A stretch of DNA of 64,000 bases, taken from NCBI GenBank assembly GCA_042408665.1, contig JBHOQW010000252.1, forward strand, positions 16,718 to 80,717. Direction: 5' to 3'. The DNA comes from Dehalococcoidia bacterium (GTDB taxonomy: Bacteria > Chloroflexota > Dehalococcoidia > CAUJGQ01). Under the pieces are notes generated by a model. That model made no database searches, was not told the DNA's origin, and saw nothing but the letters and a program-made list of their open reading frames with translations. Of the stretch, positions 54,684-64,000 are shown piece by piece (the stretch's first letter is position 1; every line of letters begins with the position of its first letter). Made by a program: the position numbers and the translations under genes.

Positions 54684-56306
54684 TCACTCCCACTCGATCG
54701 TGCCCGGTGGCTTGCTGGTGATGTCATACACCACGCGGTTGACGCCCGGCACCTCGTTCACGATCCGGCTGGAGATGCGCCCCAGCACCTCGTAGGGGAT
54801 GCGCGCCCAGTCCGCCGTCATCGCGTCCTCGGCCACCACGCAGCGTACGGCCACCGCGTACCCGTAGGTGCGGTAGTCGCCCATCACGCCCACCGTGCGC
54901 GAGTCGGTCAGCACCGCGAACGCCTGCCACAGCTCGCGCTCCAGACCGGCGGCACGGATCTCGTCCGTGACGATCTTGTCCGCCGCGCGTACCATGGCCA
55001 GCTTCTCGGGCGTCACCTCGCCCAGGATGCGGATGGCGAGGCCGGGCCCTGGGAACGGCTGGCGGTAGACGATCTCCTCCGGCAGGCCGAGGGCCAGGCC
55101 CACGCGCCGCACCTCGTCTTTGAACAGGTAGCGCAGCGGCTCCACCAGCTTGAGCCTCATGGTGGCCGGCAGGCCGCCCACGTTGTGATGGGTCTTGATC
55201 ACCGCCGCGGCTGCGGCGCCGTCGCCCGCGCTTTCGACCACATCCGGGTAGGTCGTGCCCTGAACGATGAAATCGACCTTGTCCAGCTTGGCGGCCTCCG
55301 CCTCGAACACACGGATGAACACCTCGCCGATGCGCTTACGCTTGGTCTCGGGGTTCGTCACCTCGGCGAGGGCGTTCAGGAAGCGGTCGTGCGCGTCCAC
55401 GTGGATAAGGGGGATGCGCATCACCCGGCGGAAGGTCGCCACCACCTGCTCCGGCTCGCCGGCGCGCATCAGCCCGTTGTCCACGAAGATGCAGGTCAAC
55501 TGGTCTCCGACCGCTCGATGAACGAGGGCGGCGGCCACGGTCGAGTCCACCCCACCGGAGAGGGCGCAGATCACCCGACCGTCGCCCACGTGCGCCCGGA
55601 TCCGCGCCACGCTCTCCTCGATGAAGTTACCCGCCGTCCAATCACCGCGACACCCGCAGACCCGGTAGAGGAAGTTGCGCAGGATCTCCCGTCCGTAGGG
55701 CGTATGCACGACCTCGGGGTGAAACTGCAAGCCGATGATGCCGCGGTCGTTGCCCATGGCGGCCACCGGTGAGTTGTCCGACGCCGCCAGCACACGGAAG
55801 CCGGGCGGCAAAGCGGCCACCCGGTCGCCGTGGCTCATCCAGACAGACATCGTCTCCGGCAGGCCGGCGAAGATGCCGTCGGCGGCGGTCTGGCGGATCA
55901 CGGCGTGCCCGTACTCGCGCACGTGGCCGGGCTCGACCCGACCGCCCAACTGGTGGGCCAGCGCCTGCATGCCGTAGCAGATGCCCAGCACCGGTAACCC
56001 CGATTCCAGCACCCAATGGGGAATCAGGGGAGCGTTCGGCTCGTACACGCTCGCCGGGCCGCCGGACAGGATCACGCCGCGCGGGTTGAGGGCCCGCACT
56101 CGCTCCTCCGGGGCGTTCCAAGGCACGAGCTCGCAGTACACGTTCCACTCCCGCACCCGCCGGGCGATGAGCATGCTGTACTGCGAGCCGAAATCCAGCA
56201 CCACGATCGTTTCCGGGTGTGTCGGCCGCTGCTCGCTCACCAGGATGCTGGTCGGGGTGTCCACGTCGGGGCTGCGGTGGGACTGGGTGGGGTCGTGGGG
56301 CGGCAT
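54684..56306 (-). CDS. guaA: GMP synthase (glutamine-hydrolysing)
   Basis: GICYGMQ amidotransferase domain, SGGVDS PP-loop, C-terminal KPPGTIEWE. Confidence 0.95.
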   Translation of the reverse strand: MPPHDPTQSHRSPDVDTPTSILVSEQRPTHPETIVVLDFGSQYSMLIARRVREWNVYCELVPWNAPEERVRALNPRGVILSGGPASVYEPNAPLIPHWVLESGLPVLGICYGMQALAHQLGGRVEPGHVREYGHAVIRQTAADGIFAGLPETMSVWMSHGDRVAALPPGFRVLAASDNSPVAAMGNDRGIIGLQFHPEVVHTPYGREILRNFLYRVCGCRGDWTAGNFIEESVARIRAHVGDGRVICALSGGVDSTVAAALVHRAVGDQLTCIFVDNGLMRAGEPEQVVATFRRVMRIPLIHVDAHDRFLNALAEVTNPETKRKRIGEVFIRVFEAEAAKLDKVDFIVQGTTYPDVVESAGDGAAAAAVIKTHHNVGGLPATMRLKLVEPLRYLFKDEVRRVGLALGLPEEIVYRQPFPGPGLAIRILGEVTPEKLAMVRAADKIVTDEIRAAGLERELWQAFAVLTDSRTVGVMGDYRTYGYAVAVRCVVAEDAMTADWARIPYEVLGRISSRIVNEVPGVNRVVYDITSKPPGTIEWE

Positions 56307-56375
56307 ACCGCCTCCTTCCGGTTCGAGTTTGAGTGTAGCAACCTGGTATAGTGGCCTTCAACGAACCGACGACGC

Positions 56376-56984
56376 ATGCGGTCCCGGCCCGCCATGACGA
56401 TGCCTACCCTGCCCCTTGAGGAGCATGTGACCACGGCACTCACCGTCTTGCGTCGAGGCGGGGTCATCGCCCTGCCGACCGATACCGTCTACGCGCTGGC
56501 GGCCTTGCCGGAACACGCCGGGGCCATGCGCCGGCTGACACGGATGGGCGGACGCTCCCCGCGGAGTGGCGTGCCATTGCTGCTGGCCGGGTCGGAGCAC
56601 CTGCCGCGCGTGGCCGCCGCCGTCTCGCTACCGGCGTGTCGGCTGATACGCCGCTTCTGGCCCGGCCCGTTGACCCTGTTGCTGCGCCCGGCGCCGCGCC
56701 TAGGCGGCGCCTTTTCCCTGGCCGAGGTGGTGGCCGTGCGCGTTCCCGCCTCGGCGCCCCTCCGCGCGTTGATCGAGCAGGCCGGCGGCGTGCTCGCGGT
56801 GATCGAGGCCGGCCCGGATCGCCGTCGGTCCGTCCGCGTCGATCTGGTCCTGGACGGGCCGCGACCGGCGGGTATCGTGAGCAGCATCGTGGACTGCTCC
56901 CGTGAGCCGCCGCGGCTCGTGCGCGAGGCGGCCATCGACCGGGCTACCTTGGAGGACGCCGCGGGCCGCCCCTTCGTCTGGTAA
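56376..56984 (+). CDS. tsaC: L-threonylcarbamoyladenylate synthase (YrdC/TsaC family)
   Basis: GGVIALPTDTVYALAA and FWPGPLTLLL. Confidence 0.8.
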   Translation: MRSRPAMTMPTLPLEEHVTTALTVLRRGGVIALPTDTVYALAALPEHAGAMRRLTRMGGRSPRSGVPLLLAGSEHLPRVAAAVSLPACRLIRRFWPGPLTLLLRPAPRLGGAFSLAEVVAVRVPASAPLRALIEQAGGVLAVIEAGPDRRRSVRVDLVLDGPRPAGIVSSIVDCSREPPRLVREAAIDRATLEDAAGRPFVW

Positions 56985-57074
56985 GGCCGGCGCGATTGTC
57001 CCCAGCGCGATTTGTGAGACAATTAACGAGCCGGGCTTGCTCCCCGTCCGGTAGAACACGGTGCGAGGGGTACC

Positions 57075-57515
57075 ATGCGGTCCCGGCTCATGTCTCGCTT
57101 CTGGCTCGTCCTCCTGGTTCCGGCGGCGGTCGTGGCTGTTGCCGCCTGTGGCGGCGGTTCCTCGAGCGCGGCGAGCACCGGCGGAACGGCGGCCACGCCA
57201 ACCGCGGGCGGTGCGGCGGCGGGCGGCGCCGCGAGCACCCAGATCACGGTTGTGGCCACGGACAATAAGTTTGATAAGACGGCCCTCACCGTGCCGGCGG
57301 GGAAGGAAGTAACCGTCACCTTCGAGAACAAGGGATCCGCCATTCACAACTGGCACGTCGAAGGGGTAAAGGACAAGAACGGCAAAGATATCACCACGCA
57401 GCTCATCGCCGGCGGCAAGACGGAGACCGTGAGATTCGTCATCGACAAGGCGGGCACGTACGAGTACATGTGTGACGTGCACCCGGAGATGCGCGGCAAG
57501 CTGACGGTGCAGTAA
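57075..57515 (+). CDS. type-1 copper (cupredoxin, amicyanin-like loop) lipoprotein
   Basis: Lipobox VAACGG, a Gly/Ala/Thr linker, and the ligand set H (IHNWH) plus C-x2-H-x2-M (YMCDVHPEM). Confidence 0.8.
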   Translation: MRSRLMSRFWLVLLVPAAVVAVAACGGGSSSAASTGGTAATPTAGGAAAGGAASTQITVVATDNKFDKTALTVPAGKEVTVTFENKGSAIHNWHVEGVKDKNGKDITTQLIAGGKTETVRFVIDKAGTYEYMCDVHPEMRGKLTVQ

Positions 57516-57621
57516 CCCGGCAGCGGATCAGCGGGCCGCATGCAGCGCGCGTGCGGCCCGCGGTCTATCATGGACACGAGCCCTGCATCCACCCCCCCGA
57601 CCGACGGCAGAGGAGCACTCG

Positions 57622-58617
57622 ATGAACCCTACCCGTACCTGGAGACCGTTGGCGGCGCTGGTCGCGCTGGCCTTGTCGCTCGCCGCCTGCGGGGGCTCGG
57701 GAGCAGACCGCGCGGCCGGTGAGGGCACCGCCGTCCCGGGACGGGCCGCCGCGACGGCTGCGGCCTCCGAGCCGGCCTCGCCGTTTTCGGCGGTAGTTGT
57801 GGCCTCGGAGCTGGTGGTGGGGCGCAATCGGTTTGCCCTGGGCGTGCTGGACCGTGCCTCCAACACACCGATAGCGGACGCGACGGTGCACTACCGCTTT
57901 TTCCTGCTCCAGGGCAACCAGGCCCTGCCCAAATTCGAGGCCGACGCCGTGTTCCGCGCCCCAGCGCGCGATGCCGGCCTCGCCCCGTCGGTGCAGCACC
58001 GCCACTCCGACGGCACCCTTCACCTGCACGCCAATGCCGTGGCCAATATCGGCGTCTACACGGCGTCGGTGACGTTTGACACCCCTGGGAGCTGGGGAGT
58101 GCAGGCGCTGGTGCAGGCGCCCGATGGCCGCCAGGGGACGGTAGCGGTGGCCTTTCAGGTAACCGCTCAGCCCACCGCACCGGCGCCGGGCCAGCCCGCG
58201 CCGCGCAGCCGCCAGCCGACGGTGCGCGACGTCAGCGACATCTCGCAGATCGACTCCTCGGTGGAGCCGGACCCGCGCCTGCACGACCTGACCATCGCCG
58301 ATGCCATCGCCTCGGGCAAGCCGACGGTGGTGCTGTTCGCCACGCCGGGCTACTGCAGCAGCCAGTTCTGCGGCCCCTCGGTGGAGATCCTGAAGAAGCT
58401 GCGCGCCAAGTACGAGGGGCGGGCCAACTTCATCCACGTAGAGGTCTACAAAGACTTCTCCAAGCTGACCCCATCCGACACCTTCACCGAATGGCGCCTG
58501 CGCTCGGAGCCGTGGTTCTTCATCATCGACGGCCACGGCATCATCACCGACCGCTTCGACGGCCCCACCACGCTCGCGGAGCTCGATGCGGCGCTGGCGA
58601 AGCTCGTGGGCCCGTAG
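57622..58617 (+). CDS. lipoprotein with C-terminal thioredoxin-fold domain (C-x4-C)
   Basis: Lipobox LAACGG. The C-terminal part VVLFATPGYCSSQFCGP...HVEVY resembles redoxin/TlpA-like folds but with CSSQFC spacing. Confidence 0.6.
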   Translation: MNPTRTWRPLAALVALALSLAACGGSGADRAAGEGTAVPGRAAATAAASEPASPFSAVVVASELVVGRNRFALGVLDRASNTPIADATVHYRFFLLQGNQALPKFEADAVFRAPARDAGLAPSVQHRHSDGTLHLHANAVANIGVYTASVTFDTPGSWGVQALVQAPDGRQGTVAVAFQVTAQPTAPAPGQPAPRSRQPTVRDVSDISQIDSSVEPDPRLHDLTIADAIASGKPTVVLFATPGYCSSQFCGPSVEILKKLRAKYEGRANFIHVEVYKDFSKLTPSDTFTEWRLRSEPWFFIIDGHGIITDRFDGPTTLAELDAALAKLVGP

Positions 58618-58848
58618 GTCGCGATGCATGCGCGGCTGCGGCGGGCGAGCGGCAGGGGCTCAGTCGGCACCTCGAGGGTAACCCAGGGCAACCCCTCCAG
58701 GCAGCGCAGGAACCGCCAGCGCATCGCCAGCAGAACTGCGTGCCACCGTCAGCCCTGGATGGAGGAGGGGTACGACGCCTCCAGCGTGTCAGGATCGGTG
58801 GCTGCCGTGCCACGCCGCTGCACATCCCACCCTGCGCCGGAGCCGCTC

Positions 58849-58857
58849 TGCTAGAAT
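58849..58857 (+). promoter_or_regulatory. extended -10 element (TGC-TAGAAT) placed for a leaderless transcript
   Basis: TAGAAT ends 6 nt before the ATG at 58864. There is no Shine-Dalgarno sequence in between (GCGCGC). Confidence 0.5.
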
Positions 58858-58863
58858 GCGCGC

Positions 58864-60522
58864 ATGAGTTTGGAGGCGCTGCTTCAGGCGCGGAAGTGCT
58901 ACGAGCGACGAGCCTGGAATGAGGCCCTTGCGCACTACGCTACCGCGGCGGCCGGCGGAGCCCTCGACCTCGACGACGTGGAGCACTATGCCGTTGTCGC
59001 CCACCTCATTGGCCGGGACGAGGAGAGCCGCGACATCCTGGCCCACGGGTATCGGGAGGCCCTCCGCGTGGGCGCGCGTGCCCGCGCGGCACGATTTGCC
59101 TTCTGGGCGGGTCATGGCCTGATTTTTGAAAGTCGCACGAGCGAGGCGGCCGGCTGGTTTACACGGGCACGGCAGCTGCTGGCAGACCTGGATCACGAAT
59201 CCGTGGAACACGGCTATCTTCGCATCCCTGAGGGAGTCGAGCAGCTGATGGCCGGCGACAACGATCGAGCCGCTGCAACCTTCGCGGACGCGCGGGCGAT
59301 TGCCGCACACTGTGACGATCCCACGCTGCTGGCCATGGCCGGCCACGGTCATGGCCGCGCACTCATCCGGCTGGGACGCATCGCGGAGGGCATGGCGCTG
59401 CTCGATGAGGTGATGGTAGGCGTCACCGCAGGTGAGGTGTCGCCGATGGCGGTCGGGGAGGTGTACTGCGGTGTGCTTGAAGCCTGCCGCGAAGTGCTCG
59501 ACCTCCGTCGCGCGCGGGAATGGACGGGCGCGTTCAGCCGCTGGTGCGACAGTCAGCCGGATCTCATCCCGCATCGCGGGCCGTGCCAGGTCTATCGGGC
59601 GGAAGTGATGCAGTTTCACGGCGCCTGGGCCGACGCCTTCAAAGAAGCGCAGCGGGCCTGCCGCTGGCTGTCCTCGCCGGTAAGCTCCGAGGGGCCCGCC
59701 GATGCGTTCTATCGCATCGGGGAGCTGCACCGTCTGCGGGGAGCCTACGCCGAGGCCGAGGCGGCGTACCGGCAGGCCAGCCGGCTGGGTCGGCGACCAG
59801 AGCCCGGGCTGCCGCTGCTCTGGCTGGCACAGGGCCGGCTGGACGCTGCGCGCACCGCTCTGCACCGCGCCCTCGGGGAGGAGACCGATCTCGCCCGACG
59901 GGCGGACCTGCTGGACGCTACCATCCAAGTGTTGCTCGCGCAGGGCGACCTCACGGGCGCTAAGACCAGGGTCAGTGAGCTGCGGAAGATCGCCACGACC
60001 CTTGGCGCCCCCCTCGTGCGCGCTGTGTGCCTGATGGTCGAGGGCGCCGCGTTGCTCGCCGAGCACCAGCCGAGCGCGGCCCTCGTTTCGCTGCGACGAG
60101 CCTGGCTGGAGTGGCAAGCGCTGGAGGCGCCCTACCACGCGGCCCGGACTCGGCTCCTCATTGGCTGCGCGTACCGCGATCTCGGTGACCGTGACACAGC
60201 CGAGATGGAGTTCGACGCGGCCCGCTGGGTTTTCCAGCAGCTCGGTGCCGTTCCCGAGCTGGCCCGAGTAGAGGCCCTCGCCGTGCCTTCCGACGCCCAA
60301 GCGGTGCCTTGCGGTCTCACGCTGCGGGAGCTGGACGTCCTGCGCCTGATTGCAGCCGGCCTGACCAACAAGGAGATTGGCGCGTCACTTGTGATCAGCG
60401 AGCACACGGTGGCGCGCCATGTCCAGAACATGCTCGCCAAGCTCGGTTGTTCCTCCCGTGCCGCCCTCGCGGCCTTCGCGGTCGAGCACCATCTCGCTCA
60501 ACCACCGCGTACTCAACTCTAA
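58864..60522 (+). CDS. LuxR-family transcriptional regulator with large helical-repeat (TPR-like) N-terminal region
   Basis: C-terminal LTLRELDVLRLIAAGLTNKEIGASLVISEHTVARHVQNMLAKLG. The N-terminal roughly 480 aa are Ala/Leu/Arg-rich helical repeats. Confidence 0.8.
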   Translation: MSLEALLQARKCYERRAWNEALAHYATAAAGGALDLDDVEHYAVVAHLIGRDEESRDILAHGYREALRVGARARAARFAFWAGHGLIFESRTSEAAGWFTRARQLLADLDHESVEHGYLRIPEGVEQLMAGDNDRAAATFADARAIAAHCDDPTLLAMAGHGHGRALIRLGRIAEGMALLDEVMVGVTAGEVSPMAVGEVYCGVLEACREVLDLRRAREWTGAFSRWCDSQPDLIPHRGPCQVYRAEVMQFHGAWADAFKEAQRACRWLSSPVSSEGPADAFYRIGELHRLRGAYAEAEAAYRQASRLGRRPEPGLPLLWLAQGRLDAARTALHRALGEETDLARRADLLDATIQVLLAQGDLTGAKTRVSELRKIATTLGAPLVRAVCLMVEGAALLAEHQPSAALVSLRRAWLEWQALEAPYHAARTRLLIGCAYRDLGDRDTAEMEFDAARWVFQQLGAVPELARVEALAVPSDAQAVPCGLTLRELDVLRLIAAGLTNKEIGASLVISEHTVARHVQNMLAKLGCSSRAALAAFAVEHHLAQPPRTQL

Positions 60523-60633
60523 CCACAACGCTCCTGTCCACATTGGTTGGTCGAAAGGATGCCACCTGCCGCACGGTGCCCTACTGTCGTGGGCGGATCG
60601 CCGCCCTGTCAAGACATCACGGGAGGAGAAGGC

Positions 60634-61788
60634 ATGAACACGCGCGATCTGGTTGGACCCATCGCAGACGACGTTCGTCAGATGGCGGACCAGGTGGAAG
60701 CAGACCGCTGTCTACCGCAAGCCCTCATGGACCGGCTGATGGCGGCCGGCCTGTTCTCCATCTACACGCCAAGGAAGTTCGGCGGCCTGGAGCTACCTCT
60801 ACCCGAGGCGCTCCGTGTCGTCGAGGAGGTCTCCAAGCTGGACGGCTCAACCGGCTGGACTGTGGCGCTGGGCATCGCCAACGACCTGTTCACCTCTGTG
60901 CTGCCCGATGAGAGCGCGGCGCGCGTCTTGCGCAGCGGCTCAGCCCTCATCGCTGGGGCGCCGGGATTTGCCGTGCGCGCCGAGCCGGTTGAGGGTGGCT
61001 ACAGCCTCACCGGTCAGTGGTCATTCTGCAGCGGTGCACCGAACGCTACCTGGATGAACGTGGCCGCCCCGATCTTCGACGCCGAGACGCCCCGCGTGGG
61101 CGCCAGTGGCCCGGAAATGGTCATGGCGTTCCTGCCGCCACGCGACGTGGAGATCGTCGACACCTGGCACGTGACCGGCCTGCGCGGGACCGGTACCCAC
61201 GATCTACGCGTGGACCACGTCTTCGTGCCGGCCGAGATGACAGGCACCATTGCGCTGGCGGAGGGCCTGCGCTCGGTGAGGGACAGCACACTCGCACGCA
61301 TTCCGCTCTTCACCGCGCTCGTCCTCGCCCAGTCGCCTCCCGTCTGCCTGGGCATCGCCCGTCACGCGGTCAACGAGTTCCGGACGCTGGCGTTGCAGAA
61401 GGAGCGACCGTACGCGCCTAAACTGAGCGAGCAGGTGCAAGTGCAGGCAGGCCTCGCCGGCGCGGAGGCGCTGCTCCGGTCGGCACGGTGCTACTGGTAC
61501 GACGAGGTGGAGCGACTGTGGGCGACGGTCTCGCGGGGTGGCGTGGTGTCGCTGGACGACCGGGTGAGCGTCCGGCTGGCGTCGCTGGTGGCCGTCGAGA
61601 ACAGCGTGGCGGCCGTAGACCGGCTGTACCGACTGGCCGGATCGACGGCCATTTTCCAGTCATCGCCCCTGGAGCGGTGCTGGCGCGACGTGCACACGGC
61701 CGCGCAGCATGTCCAGGTACAGGACGGCCGCTGGGAGACGGCGGGACGTGTGTTGTTCGGCTTGGAGCCCGCCGCGTTGTTCATTTAG
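60634..61788 (+). CDS. acyl-CoA dehydrogenase-fold protein (flavin-dependent monooxygenase-like subgroup)
   Basis: LFSIYTPRKFGGLE, GYSLTGQWSFCSG, GLRGTGTHD. ATG at 60634 after GGGAGGAGAAGG. Confidence 0.7.
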   Translation: MNTRDLVGPIADDVRQMADQVEADRCLPQALMDRLMAAGLFSIYTPRKFGGLELPLPEALRVVEEVSKLDGSTGWTVALGIANDLFTSVLPDESAARVLRSGSALIAGAPGFAVRAEPVEGGYSLTGQWSFCSGAPNATWMNVAAPIFDAETPRVGASGPEMVMAFLPPRDVEIVDTWHVTGLRGTGTHDLRVDHVFVPAEMTGTIALAEGLRSVRDSTLARIPLFTALVLAQSPPVCLGIARHAVNEFRTLALQKERPYAPKLSEQVQVQAGLAGAEALLRSARCYWYDEVERLWATVSRGGVVSLDDRVSVRLASLVAVENSVAAVDRLYRLAGSTAIFQSSPLERCWRDVHTAAQHVQVQDGRWETAGRVLFGLEPAALFI

Positions 61789-61921
61789 CACATTAGGGTA
61801 GGCCGGCCTGCCAGCGCCGTGCACGGGGAATGGCACCTGCTATCGGCGAGGGGCCAAGACGGCGCGCCGTCCTGGCCCCTCGCCCTCGGACCCCGGGACG
61901 GCGTGCACTCGGGTCCTGGTG

Positions 61922-62965
61922 TCAATGCACAATCGGCCGCGTGACCGGTTTGGTGTAGGCGCCGAACGTGGGCTGCCAGGAAGAGTGTTTGCCGGAACCA
62001 CCGGCCACGATCACTAGGATGTCCTCCGCCCGGGCGCAGATGCGGGCCATATCGTCGCCGCCGTCGGCGTTGAGCGGCCGCAGCTCCGCCGCGTACTCCG
62101 GGCTCAGCTTGGCGATCGGGTAGCGGGCGTGCTCGAAGATGAACCGCTTCACATCGGCCTTGCTGAAGCCGTCGGCGGCGATGGTGGCGGCGTGCTCTGG
62201 CCCGAGCGTGAGCAGCGGGTAGCCGTGGCGGAGGATGTTGTTGCTGCCCGCCTGCCCCATGGCGCCGGCGATGGTGAGCAGGATGCCCTCGCCGGTGTTG
62301 CTGTAGTGCTCCTGGATGTTGTGTGGCCCTTCGCAGCCGATGACGGTCACCGTGCTGGTGTCGCGGCTGTAGCCCCGCTCCACGTGTAACGGTTCCCAGG
62401 GGTTGGCGTCCTCGTTCTCCGCCACGCAGTAGCTGTACTTGGCCGGGCTGCCCTGGGTGGAACGGTCGCCCGTGCCGGGCAGCCCGCCGCCGATGTTCAT
62501 GAGAATCAGGCGGATGGCGCGGCCGATGGTGGCGTTGGCGCGCGTCCCCTGCCCGTAACAGTTGTAGCCGCAGTTGATGCCCAGCTCGCGCGCGATGGGC
62601 CCGTTCACGATCACCAGCGGCGCTACCGGATGGGTGGTGGCCTGCACGCCGTCCAGGTTGAAGTCGGGGTCGGCCATCGCCTCCACGGCGGCGATCACCA
62701 CCGGCAGGTACTCCGGCCGGCAACCGGCCATAACGGCGTTGATCGCGATCCGCTCCACCGTCGCCTCGCCTTGGCGTGGCGGCAGCACCGCCACGACCTC
62801 GTCCGGCGCCCGGCTCGTGGCCGCCAGCATGCGCGCCACCGCCTCCTCGGTGGGCGGGATGATCGGCAGCCCATCCGTCCAGCCTCGCTCGTAGAACAGC
62901 TCGTTGATGGCCGTGAACGAATCTTCGACCTCGAGCAGCGTGGCCCGCGCGCCGCGCGTCGCCAT
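61922..62965 (-). CDS. conserved-looking hypothetical protein (no family recognised)
   Basis: 347 aa with very high third-position GC. ATG at 62965 after GAGGG. Distinctive segments GWTDGLPIIPPT, INAVMAGC, GVQATTHP. Confidence 0.55.
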   Translation of the reverse strand: MATRGARATLLEVEDSFTAINELFYERGWTDGLPIIPPTEEAVARMLAATSRAPDEVVAVLPPRQGEATVERIAINAVMAGCRPEYLPVVIAAVEAMADPDFNLDGVQATTHPVAPLVIVNGPIARELGINCGYNCYGQGTRANATIGRAIRLILMNIGGGLPGTGDRSTQGSPAKYSYCVAENEDANPWEPLHVERGYSRDTSTVTVIGCEGPHNIQEHYSNTGEGILLTIAGAMGQAGSNNILRHGYPLLTLGPEHAATIAADGFSKADVKRFIFEHARYPIAKLSPEYAAELRPLNADGGDDMARICARAEDILVIVAGGSGKHSSWQPTFGAYTKPVTRPIVH

Positions 62966-63069
62966 AAGCACCCTCACATCCTGTGGTCTGGCGCAGCCGG
63001 CCCGTGCACCCGGCCGGCGCCCCCGTCGCCTGTCTAGCCCAGGCGCGCCCGTCTGTCAACGCGACACGG

Positions 63070-64000
63070 CTACCAGGTGTCCACACACGGGCGCTTCTTG
63101 CCGGTGCGCGGCCCTGGCGGCGGGCTGGAGCGCAAGCCCGCCACCAGCCAGCGGCGGGTGTCCGCCGGATCGATGACGTCGTCCACCTCGAAGACGTGCG
63201 CCGCGTTCAGGGCCCGCGCGCGCTCGTAGGCCTGGGCCACCAGCCGCTCGAACAGGGCGCGGCGCTCGGCGGGGTCGGCCACCGCCTCCAGCTCGCGCCG
63301 CCGCCCCAGCTTCACCTGACCCTCCAGCCCCATGCCGCCGAACTCGCCCGTCGGCCAGGAGACCGTGAAGGCGGGCAGCTTGTGGTTGCCGCCGCCCATG
63401 GTCTGCGCGCCCAGCCCGTAGGCCTTGCGCACCACGACGGTGAAGGTGGGCACGGTGATGCTGGCTCCCACCACGAACAGGCGGTTGGCGTGGCGCACCA
63501 GGCCCGTTTTCTCCGCCTCCGGCCCGACCATGATCCCGGGGGTATCGCACAGGAAGAGGATGGGCAGGTCGAAGGCGTCACAGAGCTGCATGAAGCGCGC
63601 CGCCTTGTCCGCGGCGTCGCTGTCGATCGCTCCGGCCAGGTGCATGGGGTTGTTGGCGATCACGCCCAGCGGCCGCCCCTCGATGCGGATGAGGGCGGTG
63701 ATCATGGACCGGCCAAAGCCGCGGCGCAGCTCCAGCACCGAGCCGGTGTCGGCCAGGATCTCGATCACCCGGCGCATGTCGTACACCCGAAGCCGGTTTT
63801 CCGGTACCACGCCGCGCAGCAGGCGCTGGTCGGTACACTGCCAGGTGTTCAGGGAGCCCTGGAAATACGAGAGGTACTTCTTGGCCACCTGCACGGCCTC
63901 GGCCTCGTCGGCCACGGCGATGTCCACCACGCCGTTTGCGGTCTGCACGGGGACGGGCCCGATCTCCTCCGGCCGGTAGATGCCCAGGCCACCGCCCTCG
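63070..64000 (-). CDS. acyl-CoA carboxylase carboxyltransferase (beta) subunit, 5' end outside window
   Basis: IEGRPLGVIANNP, AAKAARFMQLCDAFDLPILFLCDTPG, VVRKAYGLG. The frame stays open to nt 64000. Confidence 0.85.
   Translation of the reverse strand, partial: EGGGLGIYRPEEIGPVPVQTANGVVDIAVADEAEAVQVAKKYLSYFQGSLNTWQCTDQRLLRGVVPENRLRVYDMRRVIEILADTGSVLELRRGFGRSMITALIRIEGRPLGVIANNPMHLAGAIDSDAADKAARFMQLCDAFDLPILFLCDTPGIMVGPEAEKTGLVRHANRLFVVGASITVPTFTVVVRKAYGLGAQTMGGGNHKLPAFTVSWPTGEFGGMGLEGQVKLGRRRELEAVADPAERRALFERLVAQAYERARALNAAHVFEVDDVIDPADTRRWLVAGLRSSPPPGPRTGKKRPCVDTW

Noticed and set aside
53985-55772. 595-aa ORF on the + strand
   Set aside because: Antisense to purD and guaA, both confidently identified.
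58789-60300. 503-aa ORF on the - strand
   Set aside because: Antisense to the LuxR/TPR regulator, whose C-terminal helix-turn-helix motif fixes the coding strand.

Overview
Very GC-rich bacterial chromosomal segment with dense, mostly housekeeping gene content. The lipobox lipoproteins, a leaderless mRNA and the overall gene content look Chloroflexota (Thermomicrobia-like) or Actinobacteria-like, but this taxonomic guess is untested. I support about 65 protein genes, one tRNA-Gly(CCC) and one cobalamin riboswitch. The riboswitch heads a 10-gene operon: BtuCD-like importer, cobO, cbiA, cobT, cobS, cbiB, cobD, cobQ, cobU. Other recognisable content includes a nickel superoxide dismutase with its maturation protease (sodN/sodX), citrate synthase, 3-oxoacid CoA-transferase, thiolase, purS/purC/purD/guaA, ribF, scpA, ogt, an EF-G2-type paralogue and two GT-C (PMT/ArnT-like) glycosyltransferases. 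I saw no rRNA, CRISPR array, transposase, integrase or obvious prophage or defence genes. Many long ORFs in the six-frame track are antisense or off-frame shadows typical of high-GC DNA and are rejected. The most interesting loci are these. (1) A three-gene operon at 16.7-19.1 kb: a 78-aa protein with a ThiS/MoaD/SAMP-like C-terminus ending in Gly-Gly, translationally coupled to an unrecognisable 195-aa protein, followed by an HD-GYP-like/LuxR fusion. (2) A minus-strand cluster at 12.4-16.5 kb: thiolase, an aspartate carbamoyltransferase paralogue lacking the STRTR carbamoyl-phosphate motif, an RmlD-like reductase and a divergent orotate phosphoribosyltransferase-like gene. The last gene is preceded by a roughly 270-nt structured leader that ends in an intrinsic terminator spanned by a possible leader peptide. 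(3) An alpha/beta hydrolase interrupted by one in-frame TGA exactly at the nucleophile elbow. (4) A recurrent TGC-TAnnAT extended -10 promoter motif, including one apparently leaderless LuxR gene. All functional calls rest on motif recognition by eye; no database search was run.
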